DNA from: an uncultured Chloroflexia bacterium | GTDB taxonomy: Bacteria > Chloroflexota > Limnocylindria > Limnocylindrales > CSP1-4 | Assembly (NCBI GenBank): GCA_963796715.1 | Contig: CAWCMN010000009.1 | Coordinates: 198,546-262,545, forward strand | DNA length: 64,000 bases | Reading direction: 5' to 3' | Shown here: positions 1-12,421 of the stretch, one piece after another | Layout: every line of letters begins with the position of its first letter | How positions within the stretch are numbered: position 1 is the first letter of the stretch | Position numbers and translations under genes: made by a program | The notes under the pieces: generated by a model | The model's database searches: none | What the model was told of the DNA's origin: nothing | The model's input: only the letters and a program-made list of their open reading frames with translations

Positions 1-3000
1 AACCTGGACCACGAGGACGCCTTCACCGATTCCGACGTCCAGCTCCTCTCGACGATCGCGGCCAGCTTCAGCGTCGCGCTGGAGAACGTCCGCCTTGTCG
101 ACGAGACCCGCCAGCGTGCGTCGGAGCTGGCCATCATCAACAGCGTCCAGCAGGGCCTGGCCGAACAGCTCGAGATGCAGGCCATGGTGGAGCTGGTGGG
201 CGAGAAGATCCGCGAGCTGTTCGACGCCCAGGTGGTCGACGTGGGCCTCTACGACCCGACCGACGAACGGCTCCACTTCCCCTACACCATCGAACGCGGC
301 GTGCGCTACCCGGACGAGCCGATCCCCCTCCTGGGCTTCCGCCGGCACGTCTTCGAGACCGGCCAGCCGCTGCTCATCGACCACGACGCGGACGCCGCCG
401 GGGAGCGGTATGGCAACCCCCTCGCGATCAGCGGCGAGCCGTCGCGCTCGCTGGCTTTCGTCCCCCTGCGCGTGGAGGACAAGGTCGCCGGCGTCGTGTC
501 GCTGCAGAACCTGGACCGCGAGTACGCCTTCGACGACGGGGACGTGCGGCTGCTCTCGACGATCGCGGCGAGCCTCAGCGCGTCGCTGGAGAACGCCCGC
601 CTGTTCGACGAGACGAAGCGGCTGCTTCGCGAGACGGACCAGCGCGCGGCGGAACTGGCCATCATCAACGGCGTCCAGCAGGGCCTGGCCGCCCAGCTCG
701 ACATGCAGGCGATGTACGACCTGGTCGGCGACAAGGTGCGCGAGATCTTCGACGCCCAGGTCGTCGTCATCGGGGTGTTCGATCGTGCCGCCGAGACCGT
801 GGCCTTCCCCTACGTCAACGAGCGGGCCAACCGCCTCCTCGTCGACCCGGGCCCGCCGGCCGGATTCAGCCGGCGGATCCTCGAGACGGGCCAGCCGATC
901 CTGATCAACCGCGACATGCCGCGTGTGAGCCGGGAGATGGGCTCGGAGACGCTCGCCGGCGAGGAGTCCCGGGCGGTCCTCTTCGTGCCCCTCACGATGG
1001 GCGTCCAGACGAGTGGCTTCATCTCGCTCCAGAACCTGGACCACGAGGATGCCTTCAGCGACTCCGACCTCGAACTCCTGACGACGCTCGCCGCCAGCCT
1101 CAGCGTGGCCCTGGAGAACGTCCGACTCGTCGAGCAGACCCGCCAGCGCGCCGCCGAGCTGGCCATCATCAACGACGTCCAGCAGGGCCTGGCCAGCCTG
1201 GTCGAACCGCAGGCCATGTTCGACCTGGTGGGCGAAAAGCTGCGCCAGATCTTCGATGCGGAAACGTTCTACATCGGCGTCCTCGACCGGATCACGGGGC
1301 TGGTCCACTACCCCTACATGCTGGAGCGCGGGGAGCGCTTCCCCGACGACCCCGGTCCGCCGGGTGGGTTCAGCAAGCGGGTCCTGGAGACCGGTCGGCT
1401 GGTCCTCCTCAACGAGGGCGTGGCGGAGGCGCGAGAGGCGGCCGGCGCCCGCCTGGCCACCGGCGCGCCGGCCAAGTCGATCCTCACCGTCCCGCTCCTC
1501 GTGGAGGGCGCGACGGGTGGCGTGATCTCGCTGCAGAACCTGGACCACGAGCACGCCTTCAGCGAGTCCGATGTGCGGGTCATCGCCACCATCGCGGGGA
1601 GCCTCAGCGCGTCGCTGGAGAACGCCCGGCTGGTGCAGCAGACGCGCCATCGCGCCGCGGAGCTGGCCACGATCAACGAGGTCAGCCAGGCCCTGGCGGC
1701 CCAGTTGGACCTGGACCCCCTGGTCGATCGGCTGGGCGACCTGCTGGGCCGCACCTTCGACGCCGACATGGTCTACGTGGCCATGCTGGACGAGGACGAC
1801 CGGATCGCGTTCCCCTACTACAGCGAGCGCGGCAGGCGCCTCCAGATCGAGCCGCTGCCGCGGGGGAGCGGCCTGACCTCACGCATCCTCGCGTCGGGTG
1901 AGCCGCTGTTGCTGAACCGGACCGCTGACTACGGCGACATCGAACGTGTCGGGACGCCATCGAGCAGCTACCTCGGCGTGCCCATCCTGGTCGCGGAGCG
2001 GGCCATCGGGGTGATCAGCGTCCAGAGCATCGACGAGCTGGGGCGGTTCGGCGACGACGACAAGCGGCTCCTCTCGACCCTCGCTGCGAACGTCGGGGTG
2101 GCCATCCAGAACGCCCGCCTGTACCGCGACTCGCAGCGACGCGCCGGCGAGATGGCGGCCCTCGTCGATGTCTCCTCGGAGATCTCGGCGATGCTCGAGC
2201 TGCGGCCGGTCATCGAGCGGATCGCCGAGCGAGCCCGGACCCTCCTCGGTGGCGACACGAGCGCGGTCTTCCTGGCCGACGCGGAGGGCCGCACATATCC
2301 CGCGCTCGTCGCCCTTGGCTCGATCGCCGACGCGGTCATGGCCCTCGCCATCGAGCCCGGCCAGGGCATCCTGGGCGACCTGGTCCGTCGCGGCGCGGCC
2401 GAGGCCGTCAACGACACGGTCGACGATCCGCGGACCATCGTCATCGAAGGGACGTCGCCGGACGAGCACGACCGGCTCATGGCCGCGCCGCTCCTGGCCC
2501 GCGGCGCGGTGGCCGGGATGATGGCCGTGTGGCGGCCGCAGACCGCCCCGCCCTTCACCGACGCGGACCTGGCCTTCCTCGTCAGCCTCTCCCAGCAGGC
2601 GGCCATCGCCATCGAGAACGCTCGCCTGTTCGCTGACGGGCGGTCGGCCCAGGAGGCGGCGGAAGAGGCCAACCGCGCCAAGAGCACCTTCCTGGCGGCC
2701 ATGAGTCACGAGATCCGCACCCCCATGAACGCCATCATCGGCATGAGCGGGCTGCTCCTGGACACCCCCCTGAACACCGAGCAGCGGGACTACGCCGACA
2801 CGATCGCGACCTCCGGCGAGGCGCTCCTGACGATCATCAACGACATCCTGGACTTCTCCAAGATCGAGGCCGGCAAGATCGACCTGGAGGCCCTCCCGTT
2901 CGCTCTCGGGCCGTGTATCGAGGGCGCGCTCGACACGATCGCCCCGCTCGCGGCGAAGAAGGGTCTCGAGCTCGCGTACGCCCCCGAGGACGGCCTCCCG

Positions 3001-4254
3001 CGGGCGCTCCTGGGCGACGCCGGCCGCGTGCGCCAGGTCGTGCTCAATCTGTTGTCCAACGCGGTCAAGTTCACCGACCACGGCGAGATCGTGCTCCGCG
3101 TCGCCGGGCGCCAGGTGACCGAGCGCGGCCGGCGCGGCGAGCGCTGGGAGATCGAGGTCGAGGTCCAGGACACCGGCATCGGCATCCCGGCGGATCGCAT
3201 GGGGCGGCTCTTCCAGTCCTTCAGCCAGGCCGACATCTCGACGAGCCGCCGCTACGGTGGGACGGGGCTGGGCCTGGCCATCAGCCGCCGCCTCGCCGAG
3301 CTGATGGACGGCTCACTGACGGCCGAGAGCGACGGGGACGGGCAGGGCAGCCTCTTCCGCCTGGTCTTCCGCGCCCCCGTGGCCGCCGATGCCGACGTGG
3401 CCGCCGCTCCGAGCGGTCCACTGCCGGCCCTCACCGGCCGCCGCGTCCTGATCGTGGACGACAACGCCACGAACCGGCGCATCCTCGTGGCTCAGTTGAC
3501 GCGGTGGGGCATGAGCACGCGCGACACGGAGGGCGCCGCGGCGGCCCTGCGGCTGGTCGAGTCGGGCGAGCACTTCGATGTCGCGCTGGTCGACCTGGCC
3601 ATGCCGGATGTCGACGGCTACGCGCTCGCCGAGGGGCTGCGCGAGTCGGCCCACGGGCACGGCCTGCCGGTCATCATCCTGTCGTCCATCGGGCATCGGG
3701 AGCACGGCCGGGCCAGCGCGGCCGTCGCCTCGTTCCTGCTGAAGCCGGTCAAGCCCTCGGCCTTGCACGACGCCCTGGTGACGGTGCTCCTCGGCCGCGA
3801 GCCGGTCGGCGAGGGCGCCACCGACGCGCGGCCGGAGGCTGGGCCGCGCCTTGGCGAGCGCCACCCGTTGCGGATCCTCCTGGCGGAGGACAACGCGGTG
3901 AACCGCAAGCTGGCCCTGCGGCTGCTGTCCCAGATCGGGTACGAGGCCGACGTGGCGACCAACGGCCTGGAGGCGGTCCAGGCCCTGGCCGACCACCCCT
4001 ACGACGTGGTCCTGATGGACGTGCAGATGCCGGAGCTGGACGGCCTGGAGGCGACCCGCCAGGTGCGCGCCGGGAAGGCCGGCGAGGCCTCGCGCGGGGT
4101 GCGGATCGTGGCCATGACCGCCAACGCCCTGGCCGGCGATCGCGAACTGTGCCTGGCCGCCGGCATGGACGACTACGTCTCCAAGCCGATCCGCCCGACC
4201 GAGCTGGCGGCCGCCCTCGCCGCCACATCGCCCGGAGGCCACCGCGATGCCTGA
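1..4254 (+). CDS. multi-GAF hybrid sensor histidine kinase (5' end lies upstream of window): >=6 GAF domains, HisKA, HATPase_c, two receiver domains
   Basis: Frame 1 is open from nt 1 and joins the 1359-aa ORF at 175. The motif RQRAxELAIINxVQQGLA recurs every ~170 aa (GAF modules). HisKA H-box is [18 protein letters not shown] (~nt 2690). HATPase N/G boxes are LLSNAVKFT and QDTGIGI. Two receiver domains carry the DD..D..K pattern ([18 protein letters not shown]). Confidence 0.85.
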   Translation, partial: NLDHEDAFTDSDVQLLSTIAASFSVALENVRLVDETRQRASELAIINSVQQGLAEQLEMQAMVELVGEKIRELFDAQVVDVGLYDPTDERLHFPYTIERGVRYPDEPIPLLGFRRHVFETGQPLLIDHDADAAGERYGNPLAISGEPSRSLAFVPLRVEDKVAGVVSLQNLDREYAFDDGDVRLLSTIAASLSASLENARLFDETKRLLRETDQRAAELAIINGVQQGLAAQLDMQAMYDLVGDKVREIFDAQVVVIGVFDRAAETVAFPYVNERANRLLVDPGPPAGFSRRILETGQPILINRDMPRVSREMGSETLAGEESRAVLFVPLTMGVQTSGFISLQNLDHEDAFSDSDLELLTTLAASLSVALENVRLVEQTRQRAAELAIINDVQQGLASLVEPQAMFDLVGEKLRQIFDAETFYIGVLDRITGLVHYPYMLERGERFPDDPGPPGGFSKRVLETGRLVLLNEGVAEAREAAGARLATGAPAKSILTVPLLVEGATGGVISLQNLDHEHAFSESDVRVIATIAGSLSASLENARLVQQTRHRAAELATINEVSQALAAQLDLDPLVDRLGDLLGRTFDADMVYVAMLDEDDRIAFPYYSERGRRLQIEPLPRGSGLTSRILASGEPLLLNRTADYGDIERVGTPSSSYLGVPILVAERAIGVISVQSIDELGRFGDDDKRLLSTLAANVGVAIQNARLYRDSQRRAGEMAALVDVSSEISAMLELRPVIERIAERARTLLGGDTSAVFLADAEGRTYPALVALGSIADAVMALAIEPGQGILGDLVRRGAAEAVNDTVDDPRTIVIEGTSPDEHDRLMAAPLLARGAVAGMMAVWRPQTAPPFTDADLAFLVSLSQQAAIAIENARLFADGRSAQEAAEEANRAKSTFLAAMSHEIRTPMNAIIGMSGLLLDTPLNTEQRDYADTIATSGEALLTIINDILDFSKIEAGKIDLEALPFALGPCIEGALDTIAPLAAKKGLELAYAPEDGLPRALLGDAGRVRQVVLNLLSNAVKFTDHGEIVLRVAGRQVTERGRRGERWEIEVEVQDTGIGIPADRMGRLFQSFSQADISTSRRYGGTGLGLAISRRLAELMDGSLTAESDGDGQGSLFRLVFRAPVAADADVAAAPSGPLPALTGRRVLIVDDNATNRRILVAQLTRWGMSTRDTEGAAAALRLVESGEHFDVALVDLAMPDVDGYALAEGLRESAHGHGLPVIILSSIGHREHGRASAAVASFLLKPVKPSALHDALVTVLLGREPVGEGATDARPEAGPRLGERHPLRILLAEDNAVNRKLALRLLSQIGYEADVATNGLEAVQALADHPYDVVLMDVQMPELDGLEATRQVRAGKAGEASRGVRIVAMTANALAGDRELCLAAGMDDYVSKPIRPTELAAALAATSPGGHRDA

Positions 4255-4609
4255 CGACGTGCTCGACGAGGCGGTCCTGGGCAACCTGCTGGAGACGGTC
4301 GGTGGGGACCGGACGTTCCTGGCGGAGCTCGTGGAGGCCTACCTTGGCGACAGCCCGGGGCTCCTCCAGGCGATGCCGGCCGCCCTGCAGGCGGATGACC
4401 GGACCGCGCTCCGCCGCGCCGCCCACACGCTGAAGTCCACCAGCGCCAGCCTGGGGGCGACGGCCTTCGCCGCCATGTGCCGGGAGGTCGAGACGAACGC
4501 CCTGGAGGCGGACCCGGCCTGGCTCCAGACGCGCATCCAGGGCGTCACGGACGCCTACGCACCGGTCGCGGCGGCCCTGCAGGATCGTGTCGGAGGCCAG
4601 ACGCGATGA
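4247..4609 (+). CDS. histidine phosphotransfer (Hpt) domain protein
   Basis: 120 aa with the Hpt motif [13 protein letters not shown] (HxxKS). Start ATG overlaps the kinase stop (ATGCCTGA). Its stop overlaps the next start (ATGA at 4606-4609). Confidence 0.7.
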   Translation: MPDDVLDEAVLGNLLETVGGDRTFLAELVEAYLGDSPGLLQAMPAALQADDRTALRRAAHTLKSTSASLGATAFAAMCREVETNALEADPAWLQTRIQGVTDAYAPVAAALQDRVGGQTR

Positions 4610-5727
4610 CGGACGAGCCTTCCGGACGCGTCCTCGTCGTCGACGACTCGCGGGTCAACCGCAGCCTGCTCGCCCGTGCGGTCCAGGAGCAGGGCTACGA
4701 GGTGGCCGAGGCGGACAACGGCCAGGCGGCCCTGGCTCAGCTGGCGAGCGATGGCGGCCGGGAGATCGATGCCGTGCTGCTCGACCTGGAGATGCCGGAG
4801 CTGGACGGCTACGAGACGCTCCGCCGCATGAAGGCCGACCCGCGCCTCAGGCACGTGCCGGTCATCATCATCTCGGCCGTCGACGACCTCACGAGCGTCG
4901 TCCGCTGCATCGAGATGGGCGCGGCCGACTACCTGCCACGGCCGTTCGACGCGGCCATCCTGCGGGCCCGCCTCTCCGCTTCGCTGGCCACCAAGCACCT
5001 CCACGACATGGAGCGCCAGTACACCGCGCGCCAGGCCGAGCTGCTGGAGACGATCGAGCGCCAGCGCGCGGAGCTGGCCCACTTCCTTTCCCCGCAGGTC
5101 GCCGCCCTCGTGTCGAGCCAGGAGGGGCACGCGCTGCTGGAGGGCCATCGGCGGCTCATCACGGCCGTCTTCTGCGACCTTCGCGGCTTCACTGCGTTCT
5201 CCGAGACGGCCGAGCCGGAGGAGCTCTTCGGGGTCCTGCGCGAATACCAGGCGGCGATGGGCGAGCTCGTGGTCCAGTACGGTGGGACGCTCGAGCACTT
5301 CGCCGGCGACGGCATGCTGGTCTTCTTCAACGATCCCCAGCCGGTGGCCGAGCACGAGCAGCAGGCCGTCCGGATGGCGGTCGCGATGCGGGCGCGGTTC
5401 GAGACGCTGCAGCAGCGCTGGCACAAGCGCGGCTACGACCTCGGCTTCGGCGTCGGCATCGCCGTCGGCCATGCCACGCTGGGGCGCATCGGCTTCGAGG
5501 GCCGCTACGACTACGGGGCCATCGGGATGGTCGTCATCATGGCCTCGCGGCTCAGCTCGGAGGCGGCGGCCGGGCAGATCCTGCTCAGCCAGCGCGCATA
5601 CGCGGCCGTGGAGGACGTGGTGGTCGGCGAGTCGATCGGGGAAGTGTCCCTCAAGGGCGTCAGCCGCCCCGTGCCCGTCCACAATGTCGTCGGGCTTCGC
5701 GAGGAAGCCGTCACCCCCGCCAGCTGA
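4606..5727 (+). CDS. response regulator receiver fused to class III adenylate/guanylate cyclase (CHD) domain
   Basis: N-terminus is a receiver (VLVVDDSRVNR ... DLEMPELDGYE ... IIISAV). C-terminus is a class III cyclase (FCDLRGFTAFSE, GDGMLVFF). ATG at 4606 is in frame with the ORF beginning 4477. Confidence 0.8.
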   Translation: MTDEPSGRVLVVDDSRVNRSLLARAVQEQGYEVAEADNGQAALAQLASDGGREIDAVLLDLEMPELDGYETLRRMKADPRLRHVPVIIISAVDDLTSVVRCIEMGAADYLPRPFDAAILRARLSASLATKHLHDMERQYTARQAELLETIERQRAELAHFLSPQVAALVSSQEGHALLEGHRRLITAVFCDLRGFTAFSETAEPEELFGVLREYQAAMGELVVQYGGTLEHFAGDGMLVFFNDPQPVAEHEQQAVRMAVAMRARFETLQQRWHKRGYDLGFGVGIAVGHATLGRIGFEGRYDYGAIGMVVIMASRLSSEAAAGQILLSQRAYAAVEDVVVGESIGEVSLKGVSRPVPVHNVVGLREEAVTPAS

Positions 5728-5764
5728 TCCAGCCGATCCATACGGACCACGAGGAGGCACCCAC

Positions 5765-6532
5765 GTGCGGTTGCAGGACAAGGTCACGCTCATCACCGGC
5801 GCCGGGGGCGGCATGGGTCGGGTCGCCGCCCAGCTGTTCGCGGCCGAGGGCGCCCGCGTGGTGGCGGCCGAGTTCGATCGCGCGGCGGGCGAGGAGACGG
5901 TGCAGCTGGTGCGCGAGGCCGGCGGCCAGGCCTCCTTCATCAAGGTGGACGTGTCGGCGGAGGCCGACGCCAAGGCCATGGTCGACCATGCCGTGGCCAC
6001 GTACGGGCGGCTGGACTGCCTCTACAACAACGCCGGGGTGATGCCCGAGGCGGACCACTCGGTGGTGGACACGGACGTCGTCACCTGGGACAAGGTCATG
6101 GCCATCAACGTGCGCGGCGTCTTCCTGGGCTGCAAGTACGCCATCCCGGCCATGATCGCCGGCGGGGGCGGCTCGATCATCAACATCGCCAGCTTCGTGG
6201 CCCTCCTGGGGTGCTCGGTGCCGCAGGACGCGTACACCGCCTCCAAGGGGGCGTTGCTGGCCATGACCCGCAGCCTGGCCGTGCAGTTCGGTCCCCAGGG
6301 CGTCCGCACGAACGCCATCTGCCCGGGTCCCGTGGAGACGCCGCTGCTCATGGACTGGCTGGTCAAGGACGAGGCCGCCAAGCAGATCCGCCTCGCCCGC
6401 AACCCCACCGGCCGGTTCGGCAAGCCCGAGGAGATCGTCTACCTCGCGATGTACCTCGCGTCGGACGAGTCGCGCTGGACCAACGGCACCTCGCTGGTCG
6501 TGGACGGCGGCATCTCGGTCAACTACTTCTGA
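5765..6532 (+). CDS. short-chain dehydrogenase/reductase (SDR) family oxidoreductase
   Basis: Rossmann motif TGAGGGMG, catalytic YTASKGA and the NAG motif are present. GAGGAGG lies 7 nt upstream of GTG 5765. Confidence 0.85.
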   Translation: MRLQDKVTLITGAGGGMGRVAAQLFAAEGARVVAAEFDRAAGEETVQLVREAGGQASFIKVDVSAEADAKAMVDHAVATYGRLDCLYNNAGVMPEADHSVVDTDVVTWDKVMAINVRGVFLGCKYAIPAMIAGGGGSIINIASFVALLGCSVPQDAYTASKGALLAMTRSLAVQFGPQGVRTNAICPGPVETPLLMDWLVKDEAAKQIRLARNPTGRFGKPEEIVYLAMYLASDESRWTNGTSLVVDGGISVNYF

Positions 6533-6539
6533 GCCGGCC

Positions 6540-7661
6540 ATGGCGGTGACCCCGTCCGGTGAAGCGGTCGGGCCGGCCCGCCTGGCCCTCGTCATCGGCA
6601 TCGTGCTGGCCGCCCAGGACAACACCAACCGGCCGCTCGGCGTCGTCATCCTCCTCGGCCTGGCCGTCCTGCTGGGGCTGTCGCTGCGCTGGGATCTGGG
6701 CCCGCTGGTCATCGCCGCGCTCGTCGTGGCCGGGGTGGCGATGCGCCTGGACCTGCTGCACAACGGCACGTCGGATGTCCTGACCGTCACCCGCTCGGCC
6801 ATCGAAACGGTCATGGCGGGCGGCAACCCCTACGGCATCGGCTATGCCACGTCCTCGCCGCCGGGGGCGCCGTTCCCCTACGGCCCGCTGGCGCTGGCCT
6901 GGTACGTGCCGTTCCAGGGCGACCCGCGGCTGGTCGAGACCGCGGTGTCGTTCCTCATCCTGGCCGGGCTTGCGGTGCGCGGACGGCCGCTCGGGCTGGC
7001 CGTGTATGCGCTGGCGCTGCCCCTGATCCTCACCGCCAGCGATGGCTCCAACGACACGAGCGGCGGGCTGCTCCTGCTGGCGGCGCTCGTCGTCCTGCCG
7101 CGCAACCCGCTCGGCGGCGCGGCGCTGCTGGCCCTGGCGACCGCGTTCAAGCCGTACGCCGCCGCCTGGTTCATCCCGCTCGTCTGGTGGGCGCCGGTGG
7201 CCGGGCTCATCGGCTTCGTGGCGGTGAGCCTGATCGCCTGGGCGCCCGTCTACCTCGTGTGGGGCGTGCCCGCGTTCCTCCAGAGCCTGGGGCTGTCGCA
7301 GTCGATCCACGCCGGCCCGTACTACTCGCTCGGCGCCTGGCTCTCCGGGGTCATGGGTGGCGTGTCGGAGACGCTGCTGGATCGGCTCCGCTACGTCGTC
7401 GGGGCGGTGACCGCGGTGGCCACCCTGCCGTTCGTGCGCAGCGGGCGTGGCGTGGTCGTGGCCGGGCTGCTGATCTACCTCGTGACGCTCTACACGGGCT
7501 TCTGGTCCACCTTCGCCTACCTCGCCAGCATCGCCCCCATCGTCTGCTGGAACCTGGACGAATGGGTCGGCTCGGCCGACGGCCGCATCGCGTGGCCGGG
7601 CGACCCGGTGGGCCGCCTCACTGCCTGGGTCGACGCTCGCTGGCCGGTGCTCGCGGGGTGA
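6540..7661 (+). CDS. polytopic membrane protein, DUF2029/GT-C-like glycosyltransferase family
   Basis: 373 aa with ~10 predicted TM helices. The PYGPLALAWYVPF-type loop is typical of DUF2029 mannosyltransferase-like proteins. Confidence 0.5.
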   Translation: MAVTPSGEAVGPARLALVIGIVLAAQDNTNRPLGVVILLGLAVLLGLSLRWDLGPLVIAALVVAGVAMRLDLLHNGTSDVLTVTRSAIETVMAGGNPYGIGYATSSPPGAPFPYGPLALAWYVPFQGDPRLVETAVSFLILAGLAVRGRPLGLAVYALALPLILTASDGSNDTSGGLLLLAALVVLPRNPLGGAALLALATAFKPYAAAWFIPLVWWAPVAGLIGFVAVSLIAWAPVYLVWGVPAFLQSLGLSQSIHAGPYYSLGAWLSGVMGGVSETLLDRLRYVVGAVTAVATLPFVRSGRGVVVAGLLIYLVTLYTGFWSTFAYLASIAPIVCWNLDEWVGSADGRIAWPGDPVGRLTAWVDARWPVLAG

Positions 7662-7922
7662 CGGGAGCGGGTCCGCGCAAGCAGTGCGGGCCCTTATGAA
7701 CCTAAAGAGTGGCTAACGACGACGGCGCGGCCAGTTCGACCCCACTTCGGGGGTTTCGGCTATCGGGTCGAACATGTGAGGTTCATCCTGATCCCGGACG
7801 GCCTCCATCTCCGTCCTTAGCAACCTTTTGAGTTCATCGGCGCGCCGACCTCCCGTAGAGGCCGGCATCGAAGCGCGGCGTAGAATCGAGGACCCTCCCT
7901 TTGACCACGCCCAGGAGCACCC

Positions 7923-9381
<1,459 letters not shown>

Positions 9382-9410
<29 letters not shown>

Positions 9411-9750
9411 CCCGTCCCACGCCCTGCTCGAGGAAGTCGAGCCAGCGCTCCGGGGGATCGAGCGTGACGGCCAGGTGCCGGGCGAACGGCGGGCCGCCGA
9501 AGCGGATCGTGGTCTCCACCTCCGCCAGCAGTGGCACGAGGCGTCGTTCGGCGTAGCAGGGCACCGTCTCCACGACCCGGATCGGCACGAACTCCGCGCT
9601 CAACGGCTCGCGCACGAGGTCGGCCGTCAGGTCGCCGACCAGCCCACCGCAGCGCGCCGCGGCGAAGTAGTCGATGACCAGGGCTCGCCCCGCGGCGAGC
9701 TCGGCCAGGCGGGGCCGAAGCTCCGGATCCAGGCCGACGAGCGCGTCCAT
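9382..9750 (-). CDS. hypothetical protein
   Basis: 122-aa ORF with no recognisable family. It overlaps the ALDH 3' end by 29 nt. Codon usage is consistent with neighbours, but support is weak. Confidence 0.3.
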
Positions 9751-9800
9751 GGTGCCGGAGCATACGCTCGCGACGGTCCGAGACCGGTCGCGGGCTATCC

Positions 9801-11246
9801 TTGTCGGCGATGGCCGCCCCCGCCCCCTTCCGGCTGCCCGCCGGCGGGCCCGTCCCGCGCCTGACCGCCCGGCGCTTCGCCGCCCTGGTCGCCGGCCGCA
9901 CCGCGGCCACCGCCTCGCGGCTCAGCGGGCGCGGCGGTGGCACGTCCCTGCCGGGGATGATCGCGCGGCGCGTGGACCCGGGCATCCTGGGCGCGCTCGT
10001 GGCCGACCAGCACGTGCCGGTGGTGGCCATCACCGGCAGCAACGGCAAGACCACCACCGCGCGCTTCACCGCGGCGCTGCTGCGCGGCGCGGGCCTGCCG
10101 GTGCGCCACAACCGCACGGGCGCCAACCTGGTCCAGGGGGTCACGTCCCTCGCCGTGACCTCGGCCGACCTGCGCGGCCGCATGCCCCGCTCGGTGATGG
10201 TCACGGAGGTCGACGAGGGCGCGCTGCCCCACGTCCTGGCCGAGCTGCGGCCGCGGGCCGTCCTGGTGACCGACCTCTTCCGCGACCAGCTCGATCGCTA
10301 CGGAGAGATCTACGCCGTCGCCGATGCCTTCTCGGCCGTGGCGGAGGCCCTGCCCGCCGACAGCGTCCTGTGCGTCAACGGCGACGACCCGATCGTGGCC
10401 GGCCTGGCGGCCAGCCGCCCGGGGCCCCGCGTCACGTTCGGCATGGAGCTTGAACGCGACACCGACCGCATCACCCGCGCCGCGGACACGATCCGCTGTC
10501 CGCGCTGCCGCGCCGACCTGGCCTACGAGCACGTCTATCTGAGCCACATGGGGGCCTGGCACTGCCCCGCCTGCGGCCTGGCGCGACCGCCGCTCGACGT
10601 CGCCGTGACGGCCCTCGAGGTCCGCGGCCTGGCCGAGACCACGTTCACCGTGCGCACGCCGTCGGGCGACCTGCACCTGACCATCCCCCAGTCCGGCGTC
10701 CATATCGCCTACGACGCGGCGGCCGCCATCGCCATCTGCGTCGGCCTCGGCGTGCCGCTCGACGGGGCCGCGGCGGCGCTGGCGACCGTGGGGCCGGCGT
10801 TCGGCCGGCTGGAGCAGATCCAGGCCGGCGATCGGCGCATCGTCCTGGGCTTCGCCAAGAATCCGACCTCGTTCAACACCACGCTGCGCTCGCTGGCCGC
10901 GGAGGGCCTGCCGCGGCAGCTGCTGGTGGCCGCCAGCAACACGCTCGTCGACGGCGAGGATTTCGCCTGGCTGTGGGACGTCGACTTCGAGGGGGCGGCC
11001 GCCAACGTCGAGCGCGTCACGGTGGCCGGGCTGCGGGCGGATGAGCTGGCCAACCGCCTCAAGTACGCCGGCGTCGCGCCCGACCGCCTGACGATCATCG
11101 CCGACCGCCCGGCCGCCCTGGATGCCGCCCTGGCGGGCATCCCCCCGGGCGGGACGCTGACCATCCTGGCCGGTTACACCCCCACCATCGAGCTGCGCGA
11201 GGAGATGCACCGGCGCGGCTGGGTCGAACGCTACTGGGAGGCCTGA
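9801..11246 (+). CDS. murT: lipid II isoglutaminyl synthase (glutamine-hydrolysing) subunit MurT (Mur ligase family)
   Basis: Mur ligase P-loop ITGSNGKTTTARFTAAL. Cys4 ribbon CPRCRADL...HCPACGL. C-terminal DUF1727-like region. Immediately followed by gatD. Confidence 0.85.
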   Translation: MSAMAAPAPFRLPAGGPVPRLTARRFAALVAGRTAATASRLSGRGGGTSLPGMIARRVDPGILGALVADQHVPVVAITGSNGKTTTARFTAALLRGAGLPVRHNRTGANLVQGVTSLAVTSADLRGRMPRSVMVTEVDEGALPHVLAELRPRAVLVTDLFRDQLDRYGEIYAVADAFSAVAEALPADSVLCVNGDDPIVAGLAASRPGPRVTFGMELERDTDRITRAADTIRCPRCRADLAYEHVYLSHMGAWHCPACGLARPPLDVAVTALEVRGLAETTFTVRTPSGDLHLTIPQSGVHIAYDAAAAIAICVGLGVPLDGAAAALATVGPAFGRLEQIQAGDRRIVLGFAKNPTSFNTTLRSLAAEGLPRQLLVAASNTLVDGEDFAWLWDVDFEGAAANVERVTVAGLRADELANRLKYAGVAPDRLTIIADRPAALDAALAGIPPGGTLTILAGYTPTIELREEMHRRGWVERYWEA

Positions 11247-11250
11247 TCCG

Positions 11251-12045
11251 ATGACCGACTATCCCACCCTCCGCCTGGCCCACCTGTACCCGTCCCTGCT
11301 CAACGTGGCCGGCGATGGGGGCAACGTCATGGCCGTCGTCCAGCGCTGCGCCTGGCGGGGCATCCCCACCGAGGTGGTCGACGTGGAGGTCGGCGACACG
11401 CCCGACTTCTCCACGTTCGACATGGTCTTCATCCAGGGCGGCCAGGACGTGGAGATGCAGGTCGCGGCCGCCGACCTGGGGCTCAAGGCGCCCTCCCTGC
11501 GCGAGGCGGCCGACCAGGGCGTGGTCGTGTTCGCCGTGTGTGCCGGGCTGCAGCTGCTGGGCAAGCGCTACGTGCCGTCCGCGGGTGAGCCCATGGAGGG
11601 CATCGCACTGCTGGACCTGGAGACGCGCGGCGGACCGCAGCGCTTCATGCAGCACGTCGCGGTCGAGATGACGGTCGACGGTGCGACGGGCACGGTCGTG
11701 GGCTTCGAGAACCACTCAGGCCTCACCGAGCTCGGGCCCGACGCCCGGCCGATCGGGCGGATGATCGCCGGGGCCGGCAACAACGGGCGCGACGGCAGCG
11801 AGGGCGCCGTGCGCGACCACGTGTACGCCACGTACCTCCACGGGCCGGTGCTGCCCAAGAACCCGTGGCTGGCGGACCAGCTCATCCGCGTCGCCCTGGA
11901 GCGCCGCATGGGCGGGCCGGTCGAACTGGCGCCGCTCGACGACACGGAGGAGCAGCGCGCGCACGACGTGGCGTTCGCCAAGGCCGTCGCCAACACCGGC
12001 CGGCGCACCGCCGTCGAGCCCGCCCGCCTCGTGCGGGGGTCATAG
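11251..12045 (+). CDS. gatD: lipid II isoglutaminyl synthase glutaminase subunit GatD (CobB/CobQ-like GATase)
   Basis: 264 aa with the catalytic-Cys context AVCAGLQLLGKRY and a conserved His (YLHGP). Start lies 5 nt after the murT stop. Confidence 0.85.
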   Translation: MTDYPTLRLAHLYPSLLNVAGDGGNVMAVVQRCAWRGIPTEVVDVEVGDTPDFSTFDMVFIQGGQDVEMQVAAADLGLKAPSLREAADQGVVVFAVCAGLQLLGKRYVPSAGEPMEGIALLDLETRGGPQRFMQHVAVEMTVDGATGTVVGFENHSGLTELGPDARPIGRMIAGAGNNGRDGSEGAVRDHVYATYLHGPVLPKNPWLADQLIRVALERRMGGPVELAPLDDTEEQRAHDVAFAKAVANTGRRTAVEPARLVRGS

Positions 12046-12421
12046 CTGCCGGTTGGTCGGCGAGGGGCCGGCCGTCGGCCGGCTCCCGGCCGGCTCCCGG
12101 GCGGCCGTTCCGACCCGCGGCCGGCCGTTTCGACCGTATCCCACGCGTCACCAGTACGGCTGGTGGTACGCGCCTCGACCGAGCCTCCGCGCCGGGTCTG
12201 GGCCCGTCGCCACGCTCGGAAGCTGTCGCCTGGCCTTGCCGCGGTGGCCAGGATGTCCCGTGCCACCAGCCACCGTGGTGAGACGGGAACGTAGCCTCGA
12301 ACCGCCGCCGGTCGGCCGCCGCCGTCCGCCCGCCGGGCGCCTACCCAAGGAAGGTGGTTGCGACCGCGGCACGGTCAGGCCGGCGGAGTGGTACCAGCGG
12401 CTGATTGCACGCCGCGTGACG

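Noticed and set aside
7765-7800. Possible tRNA T-arm-like GGTTCATCC near nested hairpins
   Set aside because: No acceptor stem with CCA context, no anticodon arm geometry, and the stems do not fit a cloverleaf.
12053-12421. Upstream 123 codons of ORF 12053..12805
   Set aside because: The sequence is Pro/Arg/Gly-rich with short tandem GC repeats (GGCCGGCTCCCG x2). The coding region more plausibly starts at the lipoprotein signal peptide ATG 12422.
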